Below are positions 27,284 through 36,364 of a DNA stretch of 64,000 nucleotides, piece by piece. Made by a program: the position numbers and the translations under genes. The notes under the pieces were generated by a model. That model saw nothing but the letters and a program-made list of their open reading frames with translations, did not search any database and was not told the origin of the DNA. The stretch lies in assembly GCA_049287205.1 (NCBI GenBank), contig JBAQFJ010000001.1:255041-319040 (forward strand), given 5' to 3'. The first letter of the stretch is position 1; every line of letters starts with the position of its first letter. This stretch comes from Microgenomates group bacterium (lineage in GTDB: Bacteria > Patescibacteriota > Microgenomatia > UBA10105 > UBA927).

Positions 27284-28468
27284 TTATTTATTTTTTCCAT
27301 ATTCATAAGTTTTTGATAGAATTTCTGAAATAGAAGCCGTGTATGGAACGTGCGTTATTGTCTGTTGAATATCGGCAAGTGAAATGCGCACTTGATGCAT
27401 TGTGTCACGATGCCGAATCGTAAAGGCGTTGTCAATAGGACTTGTACTGTCTACTGTCAGGGAGTAGGGCACACCTATAGCATCAGCATACGCATAACAG
27501 GATCCAATATTTCCATGTGTGATCAGCGGCAAATGGATTCCAATAGTATGTAGAGATTGATAGAGATTTGCCGCAAATGTCATTTGTTCCGGCGTGTGGC
27601 GAACAGGAAAAATAAGTCCTGGGTGTGGGGCTAAATGATCAGGAATCGCAAGTACTGTTCGTTCACCCATTTTTTTTAAGGCATAGGTTAATGCAAGTAA
27701 AAATGGTCGTTCTGTGGAAAATGATATTTCAAACACTTCTGGATATTTACCGTTGTGCATCAATTTTATTCCTGAAGCTTTACTGTGCTGTTCAAAATCG
27801 TTGGAAGAACGATATTGGATCCCGAGTATCTCAAGAGGGTTTCCACTTTCATCTTGTGCATATAATCCATATCCCTGTTTTGCATAAAATGGTTTATCTT
27901 TTGCAGATTTTTCATTAAATATTAACTGGTCCCGACGAAGACCCGCTGTCTCCATAAGTGTGTATGAGAGTTGTTCGAGATACGAGATGGTCTGTTCAAC
28001 AGGCGCAGGAGATTCCATAAATATATGTCCTTCATGTGCCGTATATTGTCGGGTTCTTGTCTGCCACTCGGTCTGTATGTCATTTGGTAAAGAAATGCCG
28101 GATTGAAATATTCTAAACGGTAAATGACCACGATAGAATTCCAGAAGTTTTTTGAACATTGGATATATCGTTGTTGCGAGCTCTGGACGTCCTAGTAGTG
28201 ATTGACCTTCCGATGTTTTTGTATGAAACATTTCATTTCCAAACCGTTCGAGATGGCCACTTGCTTCCCAAGCTTTTTCTGGTAAAAAAACGGGTGTCGC
28301 AATTTCATCAAATCCTTCTGATTGAAATATGCGTTGATATCCTGATTCAATGGTGCGTTTGACTGCTGCACCGTTTGGAGGATAGGTCATAAAGCCTGAT
28401 ACGGGATAGGGTGAATGTTCTGGACCCCATAAAAATCCATACTTAACCAAATGTTCTTTAATTGCCAT
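27284..28468 (-). CDS. glyQS: glycine--tRNA ligase, compact alpha2-type
   Basis: N-terminal 'KYGFLWGPEHSPYPVSGFMTYPPNGAAVKRTI' (compare '[32 protein letters not shown]'); 'SGHLERFGNEMF' (SGH motif); 'RPELATTIYPMFKKLL...LPFRIFQSG...TRTRQYTAHEGHIF'; class IIa anticodon domain 'HGNIGSCYAYADAIGVPYSLTVD...IRHRDTMHQVRI'. Lacks the usual insertion domain, so about 394 aa. Confidence 0.7.
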   Translation of the reverse strand: MAIKEHLVKYGFLWGPEHSPYPVSGFMTYPPNGAAVKRTIESGYQRIFQSEGFDEIATPVFLPEKAWEASGHLERFGNEMFHTKTSEGQSLLGRPELATTIYPMFKKLLEFYRGHLPFRIFQSGISLPNDIQTEWQTRTRQYTAHEGHIFMESPAPVEQTISYLEQLSYTLMETAGLRRDQLIFNEKSAKDKPFYAKQGYGLYAQDESGNPLEILGIQYRSSNDFEQHSKASGIKLMHNGKYPEVFEISFSTERPFLLALTYALKKMGERTVLAIPDHLAPHPGLIFPVRHTPEQMTFAANLYQSLHTIGIHLPLITHGNIGSCYAYADAIGVPYSLTVDSTSPIDNAFTIRHRDTMHQVRISLADIQQTITHVPYTASISEILSKTYEYGKNK

Positions 28469-28574
28469 ACAAAACAAAAGAAGAGTAGGCAGAGCGTACA
28501 AAATTTTAGTACGTGACTTTTTGTACGTATAATTTATACTTATTTCAGTACAAGGTCAATTTGACGTTTATATT

Positions 28575-28901
28575 ATGAAAACGATAGAGATCCAAGGAAT
28601 AATTTCTGGTACAAAAATCTTTCTTCCGTTTACAGCAATTTGCTCTGTGACGAATAAAGAATTTTCTGGTGAAGTGATCATTGAATATCATCCCAAAAAA
28701 CTTGTGTTGGAATACTGTGACGCAGAAGCGGTTGTAACCAGAATTGCAAAAAAATTAATAACAGCAGAGGAATTAGCACAACAAATATTTCAAGATGTTG
28801 AACAGTCAATTAAGCCAAGCTATCTAAAAGTACTTATTGATGTGAAACATTCCGACGCGCACCGACCCGTGCAGGTCTGGATTGAGAAAGGATTGGTATG
28901 A
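28575..28901 (+). CDS. QueF-like T-fold protein (NADPH:preQ0 reductase family homolog lacking the canonical QueF motif)
   Basis: 'FTAICSVTNKEFSGEVIIEYHPKKLVLE' aligns with B. subtilis QueF '[28 protein letters not shown]' (catalytic Cys conserved); the E(S/L)K(S/A)hK(L/Y)(Y/F/W) motif is replaced by 'EYCDAEAVV'. Confidence 0.45.
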   Translation: MKTIEIQGIISGTKIFLPFTAICSVTNKEFSGEVIIEYHPKKLVLEYCDAEAVVTRIAKKLITAEELAQQIFQDVEQSIKPSYLKVLIDVKHSDAHRPVQVWIEKGLV

Positions 28902-29593
28902 ATTTTTGGCTTCTTGTTTTACTCATCATTGGTATAACGAGTTTCACGTTACTCGGGAGTTGGTACGCAAAAAAATTTAATAAACCAGATCTTCTTATTG
29001 GTTTGTATGTCACATTCATATTGGTTGCACAAATACTCGCAGTGAAGATTTCTGTATTCGATTTAGGTTTTGCAAAATTTTATGGACCAACAGGAGTATT
29101 AGTTTTTTCGATAACATATTTATTAACTGACATTGTGAACGAAAAATTTGGAAGAAAAGAAACGCATAAGATGATTTTGATCGCATTTATTTCTCAGGTC
29201 GCCATGGTATTTTTCTTTTGGTTAGGCGTTTTATTTCCACCAGCGCCATTTTGGCCTATGCAGTCAGTTTGGGAACAGATATTTGGAATTATTCCGCGTA
29301 TGACAGTCGCCAGCTGGGTCGCATTTATCGTTTCGGAAAATTTTGACGCTTTTATGTTTGATTGGTTTAAAAAATTAACAAAAGGAAAATATCTTTGGAC
29401 AAGAAATGTTTTGAGTTCTATTCCAGCGTTATTGTTGGATAGCTTTATATTCATTCCTTTGGCTTTTGCGGGAACAATGCCTATACTGCCTCTTATTATT
29501 GGGCAGACAGCAGTGAAATGGGTTGTTGGTTTTATCAATATTCCATTTATGTATCTCAATAAAGCGATATTAGACACGAAAAATAAAAAGTAA
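28898..29593 (+). CDS. queuosine-precursor transporter, YhhQ/DUF165 (VUT) family, copy 2
   Basis: 231 aa, 6 TM; ATG overlaps the stop of the QueF-like gene (ATGA). Confidence 0.65.
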   Translation: MNFWLLVLLIIGITSFTLLGSWYAKKFNKPDLLIGLYVTFILVAQILAVKISVFDLGFAKFYGPTGVLVFSITYLLTDIVNEKFGRKETHKMILIAFISQVAMVFFFWLGVLFPPAPFWPMQSVWEQIFGIIPRMTVASWVAFIVSENFDAFMFDWFKKLTKGKYLWTRNVLSSIPALLLDSFIFIPLAFAGTMPILPLIIGQTAVKWVVGFINIPFMYLNKAILDTKNKK

Positions 29594-29644
29594 TTCCCAG
29601 TTGAGAAGTAGTTCAAACGGTTTATTTGTGGCATAATAGCACTC

Positions 29645-30727
29645 ATGAATCTGAAAATTGGAATTGTCGGGCTACCCAACGCAGGAAAATCTACATTATT
29701 TAATGCACTTCTCAAAAAACAGGTCGCTGATGCCGCACCGTATCCATTTTGTACGATTGAACCGAATGTCGGTGTAGTGCCTGTTCCTGACCCGCGACTT
29801 GCTGCGCTTGCCGAAGTGACAAAACAGGAAGAGAAGATGGAAAAACTTCCACCGTTAGTACCTGCTATCGTTGAGTTTGTTGATATTGCAGGACTGGTCA
29901 AAGGTGCATCGCAAGGCGAAGGCTTAGGCAATAAATTTCTTTCTCATATCCGTGAGACTGACATTATTTGTCATGTTGTTCGGTATTTTGAAGATGCGTC
30001 TGTAGTAAATGTCGCAGGTGATGTAAATCCGCTTCGTGATCGCGACATCATTGAAACGGAACTGATACTTTCCGATTTGCAGACACTGGAAAAACAACAG
30101 GAGCCCCGCGGAAAGATTGATCATGATACACAAAAGAAATGGGATCTTGTCGTTTTATTAAAAAGCGCACTCAATCAGGGAAAAAATGCGCGTGATGTCG
30201 TTACGGATTTGGATGACCGCGCAATTATAGGCGATCTGCATCTTCTTTCCATGAAACCCGTGATGTATGTGGTGAATGTTTCTGAGGCGCAAGTGACCAA
30301 AGAGGAAGACGTGGTTAGTCAACTCGGGAATGCGATCGTGATTTGCGCAAAAACAGAAAGTGAACTGGCAAGTTTACCTCCCGAAGAGCAAAAAGATTAT
30401 CTTGCCTCTCTTGGACTGGTAACCTCCGGTCTTGATCGGTTAATTCAAAAAACATACGACATGCTGGGACTCATCTCCTTTTTGACGACGGGCACGCTGG
30501 AGGCCCGTGCATGGACGATTGCCCGCGGTATGAAGGCGCCACAAGCATCTGGGGTTATTCATACGGATTTTGAAAAAAAGTTCATTAAAGCAGATTGTGT
30601 CAGCTTTTCTGATTTTGTTGCCGCCTCCGGTTGGAAAGGTGCGCGTGAGCAAGGAAAAGTCCGGCAAGAGGGCAGAGAATACATCATGCAAGATGGGGAC
30701 GTTGTCGAATTTAAGATTGGCGCGTAA
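29645..30727 (+). CDS. ychF: ribosome-binding ATPase YchF (Obg-family GTPase)
   Basis: G1 '[17 protein letters not shown]', TGS-like C-terminus. Confidence 0.85.
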   Translation: MNLKIGIVGLPNAGKSTLFNALLKKQVADAAPYPFCTIEPNVGVVPVPDPRLAALAEVTKQEEKMEKLPPLVPAIVEFVDIAGLVKGASQGEGLGNKFLSHIRETDIICHVVRYFEDASVVNVAGDVNPLRDRDIIETELILSDLQTLEKQQEPRGKIDHDTQKKWDLVVLLKSALNQGKNARDVVTDLDDRAIIGDLHLLSMKPVMYVVNVSEAQVTKEEDVVSQLGNAIVICAKTESELASLPPEEQKDYLASLGLVTSGLDRLIQKTYDMLGLISFLTTGTLEARAWTIARGMKAPQASGVIHTDFEKKFIKADCVSFSDFVAASGWKGAREQGKVRQEGREYIMQDGDVVEFKIGA

Positions 30728-30772
30728 TTTTCTTATTGCCTCCGAAGCTCATTATATGATATTATCCCATGT

Positions 30773-31057
30773 ATGAAACGAACCTATGAACTAATGGTCA
30801 TTGTCCGTACGGATTTTCCAGCGGATGACACAAAGAAACGTGATGAACTTCTTTCGAAGCTTGTCAAAGGTGCAACATTCAAAGAAGTGACAGTCCTTGG
30901 AAAAAAAGAATTGGCATATCCCATCAAAAAACAAATTGAAGGAATATATATTGTGGCAACCCTTGAAGGATCATCCCTGAAAACCGGTGATCTTCAAACA
31001 GAATCGAAACTTGGAACAGATATTATTCGGTTTCAATTGATTCAAAAGGAGGGGTAA
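30773..31057 (+). CDS. rpsF: 30S ribosomal protein S6
   Basis: 'MKRTYELMVIVRTDF...' S6 N-terminus; rpsF-ssb-rpsR order. Confidence 0.85.
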   Translation: MKRTYELMVIVRTDFPADDTKKRDELLSKLVKGATFKEVTVLGKKELAYPIKKQIEGIYIVATLEGSSLKTGDLQTESKLGTDIIRFQLIQKEG

Positions 31058-31058
31058 T

Positions 31059-31538
31059 ATGTCATCTCGATCCTTGAATAAAGTACAACTTATTGGCAAT
31101 TTAACCCGAGATCCTGAACTTCGTTATACCCCGACCGGAGCAGCTGTGTGTACCATTGGTTTGGCAACAAACAGACAATGGACAACGGAAGCAGGCGAAA
31201 AGAAAGAAGAAACAGAATTTCATCGAGTTGTCGCTTGGAATAAACTTGCAGAATTGTGCAGTCAGTTATTGGCAAAAGGCCGAAAGATTTATGTTGAAGG
31301 ACGACTTCGTACGAATCAATGGCAGGGACAAGATGGCGCACAGAGAAACACAACGGAAGTCGTGATTGAAGATATGATTATCTTGGATTCAAAACGACCG
31401 GTAACAGGGGGAGAAGAAGAGCATGGTGCAGAACCTGTTATTGAGGAAGCACCACAACCAAAGGCTGATCAGCCGATGGCAGAAGCAGAACATACACCGG
31501 TAACCGAACAGGTCAATCCTGACGATATACCATTTTAA
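31059..31538 (+). CDS. ssb: single-stranded DNA-binding protein
   Basis: OB-fold 'NKVQLIGNLTRDPELRYTPTGAAVCTIGLATNRQW', acidic C-terminal tail ending DDIPF. Confidence 0.85.
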   Translation: MSSRSLNKVQLIGNLTRDPELRYTPTGAAVCTIGLATNRQWTTEAGEKKEETEFHRVVAWNKLAELCSQLLAKGRKIYVEGRLRTNQWQGQDGAQRNTTEVVIEDMIILDSKRPVTGGEEEHGAEPVIEEAPQPKADQPMAEAEHTPVTEQVNPDDIPF

Positions 31539-31558
31539 TTTATAAAGGATAGATTTTT

Positions 31559-31798
31559 ATGTCATTTGCAAGACGCGCACCAAAATTGAGACCAGTAGCA
31601 AAAAATTGCCCATTCTGTGCAAACAAAACAGAGCCGGACTATAAAGATGTGAATGGTCTTATTAAATATACAAGCGAACGGGGAAAGATTCTTGGCAAAG
31701 CGCGAACCGGAATTTGCAGCACACATCAACGCGCAATTGGAAACGCATTAAAACGAGCCCGCTTTATGGCGTTATTGCCATTTATCGCCCGTGCATAA
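31559..31798 (+). CDS. rpsR: 30S ribosomal protein S18
   Basis: 'CPFC...[49 protein letters not shown]'. Confidence 0.85.
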   Translation: MSFARRAPKLRPVAKNCPFCANKTEPDYKDVNGLIKYTSERGKILGKARTGICSTHQRAIGNALKRARFMALLPFIARA

Positions 31799-31818
31799 GT
31801 TGCATTAAAATCTAAACA

Positions 31819-33099
31819 ATGAAAACTCTGCCGTTTTCAAAAATTCGCTCCATTATCCTTACAATCGCGGTTGTGATTCTCATTGGTGGTGTCGGGTACC
31901 GACTGGGAGAGAATCATCTATTTTCCAAATCAGCGTCATTGCAGACTGCAGCTGTTGTCAATAAAGATGCCCCTTCTTCCCTGCAAGTGGATTTTTCATT
32001 ATTCTGGGATGTTTGGCAGCGTTTGAAGTTGTATTACATTGATGCGGGATCTATGGATTCCCAGAAAATGGTTTATGGCGCAATTTCCGGTATGGTGGGA
32101 GCACTCGAAGATCCCTATACGTCATTTTTAAATCCTAAGGAAAACACAGAATTTAAAGAAGATATCGGCGGCTCTTTCCAAGGGATTGGTGCACAACTTG
32201 GTATGAAAGAAAGTCAAATTATTATCCAAGCTCCGATTAAAGGATCGCCGGCCGAAAAAGCGGGACTCAAGGCAATGGACTGGATTTTAAAGGTGAATGA
32301 TGAAGAAACAACCGGCTGGACGTTAAATCAAGCGGTGACAAAAATCCGTGGGAAAAAAGGAACGACAGTCACATTGACTATTTTGCACGATAATGCAAAA
32401 ACGTCAGAAGATATTTCCATTGTCCGTGATGAAATTGTTATTCCCTCCGTGGAACATTGGGTGAAAACACCGTCAGAGATTACGGAAATATCAGGTGTTG
32501 CAGCTGAGCAGCTTCTTGCAAATACGTCATCTATCGGATATCTGTATTTGTCCCGTTTTGGTGACAGAACAAATGAAGAATGGTTGACGGCAGTTGATGA
32601 CATTATTGAGAAAGAAACGGCACGTGGTGCAAAAGGGCTTATTTTTGATCTTCGAAATAATCCAGGCGGCTATCTGGACGGTTCCGTATTTATTGCGAGT
32701 GAATTTATCAAATCCGGTATTGTGGTGACACAGACAAACAGTGACGGAACAAAAGAAGTTTTGGAAGTAAATCGCAAGGGGAAGCTGTACGATATCCCGC
32801 TTGTTGTCCTTATCAACAAGGGGAGTGCGTCTGCAGCAGAGATCGTCGCAGGAGCTCTGAAAGACCATAAACGGGCAACCATTGTGGGAGTTACATCATT
32901 CGGGAAAGGCTCTGTACAAACACCACAGGAGCTATCTGGCGGATCAAGCGTCCATATTACAACAGGGAAGTGGCTGCTGCCAAACGGAGATTGGATTCAT
33001 AAAAAAGGTATTACACCTGATGTGGAAATAAAATTGGATTCTCCTGAGGCAACCCATGATGCACAACTTCTAAAAGCGATTGAGATCCTCCTTAAATAA
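31819..33099 (+). CDS. ctpA: carboxyl-terminal processing protease (S41) with PDZ domain
   Basis: PDZ 'IQAPIKGSPAEKAGLKAMDWILKVNDEET'; S41 'DLRNNPGGYL' and catalytic Ser/Lys region. Confidence 0.8.
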   Translation: MKTLPFSKIRSIILTIAVVILIGGVGYRLGENHLFSKSASLQTAAVVNKDAPSSLQVDFSLFWDVWQRLKLYYIDAGSMDSQKMVYGAISGMVGALEDPYTSFLNPKENTEFKEDIGGSFQGIGAQLGMKESQIIIQAPIKGSPAEKAGLKAMDWILKVNDEETTGWTLNQAVTKIRGKKGTTVTLTILHDNAKTSEDISIVRDEIVIPSVEHWVKTPSEITEISGVAAEQLLANTSSIGYLYLSRFGDRTNEEWLTAVDDIIEKETARGAKGLIFDLRNNPGGYLDGSVFIASEFIKSGIVVTQTNSDGTKEVLEVNRKGKLYDIPLVVLINKGSASAAEIVAGALKDHKRATIVGVTSFGKGSVQTPQELSGGSSVHITTGKWLLPNGDWIHKKGITPDVEIKLDSPEATHDAQLLKAIEILLK

Positions 33100-33793
33100 T
33101 TTCCGTCATGGCTTCGGTTATCTTTTGCATCTTTCCCGCCATAATTCCATCAATATTGTGAAATGATTTATTTACGCGGTGATCTGTCACTCTGTCCTGT
33201 GGGAAGTTGTACGTTCGAATTTTTTCTGCGCGCATCCCACGTCCGATAATGCTTCGTTGTTCGGACAGTGCTGCTGTTTGTTCCATTTCTCGTTTTTCCC
33301 AGAGTTTAGCGCGGAGTAAAGATAACGCGACTTGTCTATTTTGGAATTGATCCCGTTCTGTCTGACAGGTAACGACAAGTCCTGTTGGAATATGGCGAAG
33401 CCTGACAGCCGAACTGACTTTATTGACGTTCTGTCCACCTGCGCCACCTGCACGATAAAATTCCCATGAAATGTCTTCCGAACGGACGGCAATATCTGCC
33501 TCAGGAATTTCTGGAAGTGCAGCAACCGTAGCAGTTGATGTGTGTATTCGACCTTGGCGTTCTGTTGTTGGTACGCGTTGCACTCTATGTGTACCTGCTT
33601 CATATTGGAGTTTGGTAAATGCGCCCTCACCTTTAATGCGAATTGCGTTGTCCGCAATTTCTTCCACTTTCCATCCGAGGATATTTGCATAGCGCGTGTA
33701 CATGCGCATCAAATCCATTGCCCAGATTTTTGCTTCTTCACCTCCAGGGCCTGCGCGAAATTCTAAGGTTACGATGTTAGGATTTATATCCAT
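33092..33793 (-). CDS. prfA: class I peptide chain release factor, RF1-type (PxT motif), lacking the N-terminal domain 1
   Basis: 233 aa; starts at the position equivalent to domain 2 ('EFRAGPGGEEAKIWAMDLMRMYTRYA'); 'RVQRVPTTERQGRIHTS' (PxT-type) and 'GGQ' ('GAGGQNVNKVSSAVRLRHIPTG'); only about 40 nt separate it from rpmE, so no room for domain 1. Confidence 0.65.
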   Translation of the reverse strand: MDINPNIVTLEFRAGPGGEEAKIWAMDLMRMYTRYANILGWKVEEIADNAIRIKGEGAFTKLQYEAGTHRVQRVPTTERQGRIHTSTATVAALPEIPEADIAVRSEDISWEFYRAGGAGGQNVNKVSSAVRLRHIPTGLVVTCQTERDQFQNRQVALSLLRAKLWEKREMEQTAALSEQRSIIGRGMRAEKIRTYNFPQDRVTDHRVNKSFHNIDGIMAGKMQKITEAMTEII

Positions 33794-33833
33794 AGTATTG
33801 GATTATTGGTACGTACCCCGATTTATTGGGTTA

Positions 33834-34142
33834 TTACTTTGCTCCCATGAGCATTTCACGGAGTGATTTTGGATTACGAAGTTGTTCGTCGTGTTCTTTC
33901 TTTTTCTTTTTCTTTTCAATCAGTTGGGTTACTTTTGCTTCCGCTTCTTTTTGTTTCTTCTGGAAGCGCTCCACACGTCCCATGGTGTCGACAAATTTCA
34001 TTTCGCCGGTGAAGAATGGGTGACACTTGGAACAGATGTCTACACGGATGTCTGCCTTTGACGCACCCACGGTAAACGTGTTGCCACAGGCACAGGACAC
34101 TTTTGCTTCTTCAAACCATGTTGGATGAATTCCAGCTTGCAT
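33834..34142 (-). CDS. rpmE: 50S ribosomal protein L31 (Zn-ribbon type) with Lys-rich C-terminal extension
   Basis: 'MQAGIHPTWFEEAKVSCACGNTFTVG...CSKCHPFFTG' then 'KKQKEAEAKVTQLIEKKKKKKEHDEQ'; start set at MQAGIHP. Confidence 0.8.
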   Translation of the reverse strand: MQAGIHPTWFEEAKVSCACGNTFTVGASKADIRVDICSKCHPFFTGEMKFVDTMGRVERFQKKQKEAEAKVTQLIEKKKKKKEHDEQLRNPKSLREMLMGAK

Positions 34143-34180
34143 AAGAAGTCTATTATACACAATTGATATTGAAATGGGAA

Positions 34181-35137
34181 TTAGGGAGTTTTTGAGGCTG
34201 CCCGCGGGCATTCCGGACAGGGAATCTTCCGCAGTCTGTCGAACGGGTGATAGTGGATACGGCGTTCAGCAATATAGATGCCGATAAAAATAAAGACTGC
34301 ACCGACAACAAAAGGAATGGTAATCGGTTCATGGAGCATAAAATACGCAAGCACAGTGCCTGCAATGGGATCTATGTAGACAAATAGCGAAGCTTCACTG
34401 GCTGTGATTTTAGACAGTCCATACGAGGAAAGCGCATATGCAACACCGCTTGAAAATATCGCGCCAAAGAGAATGCCGATAATTCCCCGTACGTCAATTT
34501 GGGCATACAGATTCGGTTGTTTGATATATTCAATGATGGCCGGCGGAAGAAAGGAGACTGCACCTATGGCAAATGCCCAGAAGATGAGGGTAAATGGATC
34601 ATATTTTTGGAAAATTTTTCTGCCTATGAGCATACCGACTGAGCTGCAAATGGTAGCTATCACAATATAAAAATTGCCGAGTGCGTTTCCGTCGATTCCT
34701 GCATAATAAATCGGTTCAAGGACAATAATGAGGATGCCGATGGTGCCGATGATCATGCCGATTATTTTTTTCCACATAAATTTTTCTTTTAAAAACAGAT
34801 AGGCAAAAAGAAACACCATGATCGGCTGCGATGAGGCAATGACAGGAACGTTAATTGCAAGGGTAAGTGCGAGCCCCAAAAAGAAAAATGTGATATTTCC
34901 CGTGATGCTTGTGAGTGTATAGATGATAAGCAGCCGAAGGTCGTGTTTATCGGTAATCGGCAAAGCAAGTTTTTTCCGAAATACGAAACCGAGAAGGATT
35001 GTCGCAATAAAAAAACGTAAAAATGCGAGGGTAAACGGTGGAATGTTGCCGAGACTCCATTTAAAAATAGGGGATGCGAATCCCCAGATCACGTTGGCTA
35101 TGATGAGACTAAGAATTCCTTTTTGGACAGGAGTCAT
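34181..35137 (-). CDS. EamA/DMT-family transporter
   Basis: 10-TM protein with two EamA-like halves. Confidence 0.65.
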   Translation of the reverse strand: MTPVQKGILSLIIANVIWGFASPIFKWSLGNIPPFTLAFLRFFIATILLGFVFRKKLALPITDKHDLRLLIIYTLTSITGNITFFFLGLALTLAINVPVIASSQPIMVFLFAYLFLKEKFMWKKIIGMIIGTIGILIIVLEPIYYAGIDGNALGNFYIVIATICSSVGMLIGRKIFQKYDPFTLIFWAFAIGAVSFLPPAIIEYIKQPNLYAQIDVRGIIGILFGAIFSSGVAYALSSYGLSKITASEASLFVYIDPIAGTVLAYFMLHEPITIPFVVGAVFIFIGIYIAERRIHYHPFDRLRKIPCPECPRAASKTP

Positions 35138-36360
35138 ACGGCAAGTTTTTTAATGACCTCATCAATCGACAGTATGGTGTTTTCCCGCGTTTTCATATTT
35201 TTGAGTTGCACCACATCATTGGATTTTTCATCTGGACCTTGGACGATGACATACGGAATTTTTTTCTTATCCGCGTACTTTAATTGTTTTTCCAATTTGC
35301 CCGGTTCCAGATAGAGATCCGTGTTTATTTCCGCCGTTCGTAATTTTGCAGCAATTTCTCCGGATGTGATGCGGGTACTTTCATCAAATACTGTCACGAG
35401 TATTGTTGCTCCCGTATTGACGTCGGTCAGCAAATTTTGTTCACCTAAAATTTCAACAATGCGATCAAAACCGAATGCGATACCGACTGCGGGGAGCGGT
35501 TTGCCGCTGAATAATCCGATGAGGTCATCATATCTGCCACCGCCTGCAACTGACCCTGACGGGTAGCTTGGAATACGCACTTCAAAAATCGTTGAGGTGT
35601 AATAATCAAGTCCTCGTGCTAAAAACGGGGAGAACTGATAATCAACGCCTTCTTTATATCCCTGACTGGAAAGCATGGTGAATATGTTTTTTAATTTTTC
35701 TGTTTTTGCTGATTTTTCAAATGTAGAGAATAAATTTTTTGCATCTTTCCGTCCGCCTTTTTCTAACAGTTCAATGACCGCGTCTTTGCCGATTTTGTCG
35801 AGTTTGTCGATGATGATGATTTCCTCTTTGGTTACCTTGTACGAATCAAATAATGTCCTGTCATTAATGATAACCATGGGATCAGGTATTTTGAGTGCAC
35901 GGAGAGATTCAATGGTTGTCGTGATAATTTCCACATCTGCCGTTTCCGAAGAGGCGCCAACAATGTCGATGTCGCACTGCAAGAATTCCCGAAATCGTCC
36001 TTTTTGCGTGTTTTCCGCACGCCAGACCGGTTGCATCTGATAGCGTTTGAAGGGAAGCGGAATATCCTGATATTGGGCCATGACGCGGGAAAGGGGAACG
36101 GTCTGGTCATACCGAAGTCCCACTTCGCGATCGCCATTGTCTTTAAAAAGATAGAGGAGTTTATCCGCTTCATTGCCGTATTTTCCGGTGAGGGTTTCTG
36201 CATATTCAAGCGCAGGAGTTTCGAGCGGTTCAAATCCAAACCGGGCAAACACAGACCTGAATATCTCCATCACGCGCTGGCGTTTGGCGGCATCTTCCGG
36301 TAAAAAATCACGAAATCCTTTGAGTGTTTGTGTGTTGATCATAATAACTCCTTCAATCAT
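35134..36360 (-). CDS. hisS: histidine--tRNA ligase
   Basis: 'GFRDFLPEDAAKRQRV', 'RYQMQPVWRAENTQKGRFREFLQCDIDIVG' (HisRS motif 2), 'GGRYDDL' and class IIa anticodon domain. Confidence 0.85.
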   Translation of the reverse strand: MIEGVIMINTQTLKGFRDFLPEDAAKRQRVMEIFRSVFARFGFEPLETPALEYAETLTGKYGNEADKLLYLFKDNGDREVGLRYDQTVPLSRVMAQYQDIPLPFKRYQMQPVWRAENTQKGRFREFLQCDIDIVGASSETADVEIITTTIESLRALKIPDPMVIINDRTLFDSYKVTKEEIIIIDKLDKIGKDAVIELLEKGGRKDAKNLFSTFEKSAKTEKLKNIFTMLSSQGYKEGVDYQFSPFLARGLDYYTSTIFEVRIPSYPSGSVAGGGRYDDLIGLFSGKPLPAVGIAFGFDRIVEILGEQNLLTDVNTGATILVTVFDESTRITSGEIAAKLRTAEINTDLYLEPGKLEKQLKYADKKKIPYVIVQGPDEKSNDVVQLKNMKTRENTILSIDEVIKKLAV

Positions 36361-36364
36361 CGTA

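Noticed and set aside
29194-29931. 245-aa minus-strand ORF overlapping the YhhQ copy 2 and ychF
   Set aside because: Antisense to two well-supported genes. Low-complexity Ser/Gly/Ala-rich translation with no motif. Typical shadow ORF.
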